DNA of 63,786 nt, filler included, from Octopus bimaculoides (Eukaryota): NCBI RefSeq assembly GCF_001194135.2. It is 7 parts of 7 records of this genome, joined end to end, with 100 filler letters (N's around TTAATTAATTAA, not from the genome) between each part and the next. Parts side by side here need not be neighbours in the genome. Positions count along the whole stretch, not along the records: positions 62,715 to 63,786 come from NC_068983.1; 6 more parts are not named here. One strand, given 5' to 3'. This document shows, piece after piece, positions 63,449-63,786 of this stretch (positions within the stretch are counted from its first letter, which is position 1; every line of letters starts with the position of its first letter). A program made the translations under genes and the position numbers. The notes under the pieces are model-generated. The model ran no database searches. It was not told where the DNA came from and saw only the letters and a program-made list of their open reading frames with translations.

Positions 63449-63786
63449 AAAACATTAAGTCAAACCCAAAGGCCTTCTTTCATTACGCAAAAGAAACAGC
63501 CTCAGTACGCTGCAAGATTGGACCCCTCTTCGAAAAGGATGGCTCCCTCACAGACAGTCCAACTAGGATCAGTGAGGTACTGAATGAGCAATTCAAAAGT
63601 GTCTTCACCACTCCATTGGAGCACAGACAAGTAAACAAACCAGTGGACTTCTTTGCTACCTCCCCTATAACCAGTGAGGCAGTTACGATGGAATACATCA
63701 ACATTAGCGAAGAAGATGTACTACTAGCTATACATGAAGTGGACACAAACTCAACTGCTGGCCCTGATGGTTTCCCAGCAATCCTC
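63449..63786 (+). mobile_element. CR1/L2-group LINE ORF2 fragment (pre-RT linker), open frame running off the window end
   Basis: KNIKSNPKAFFHYAK...KIGPL..KDGSLT...SEVLNEQFKSVFT...STAGPDGFPAIL with no stops. Confidence 0.9.

Overview
AT-rich, microsatellite-dense animal genomic DNA. Its SINE/LINE repertoire is the one I recognise from octopus (coleoid cephalopod) genomes; that assignment is from recall, not a database search. Six identical 100-bp pads (44 N + TTAATTAATTAA + 44 N) show the window is seven joined scaffolds, so gene continuity across pads cannot be assumed. Host coding evidence is limited to (i) one exon of a Myb-family transcription factor (48028-48154, minus) with vertebrate MYB exon-2 phases and (ii) three 72-nt phase-2/2 leucine-rich-repeat exons (55976-60443, minus) whose flanking intron sequence is homologous, i.e. 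duplicated exon cassettes. The rest is retroelement and DNA-transposon debris: RTE, CR1, R4/Dong-type RLE LINEs, Tx1, Penelope-like elements with hammerhead-like motifs, three SINE families, hAT and mariner remnants, and many palindromic MITE/foldback elements. The most unusual observations are the LRR exon-cassette array, a 260-bp tandem-plus-inverted repeat with an internal tRNA-like cloverleaf next to a Penelope RT, two TIR elements built around TTAGGG cores, an RT-less LINE derivative, an orphan protein-like decayed reading frame near 34 kb, and a pre-miRNA-like hairpin near 63.3 kb. Nearly all ORF-track entries are microsatellite or N-gap artefacts. Boundaries of decayed repeats are approximate, and percent identities are by-eye estimates.
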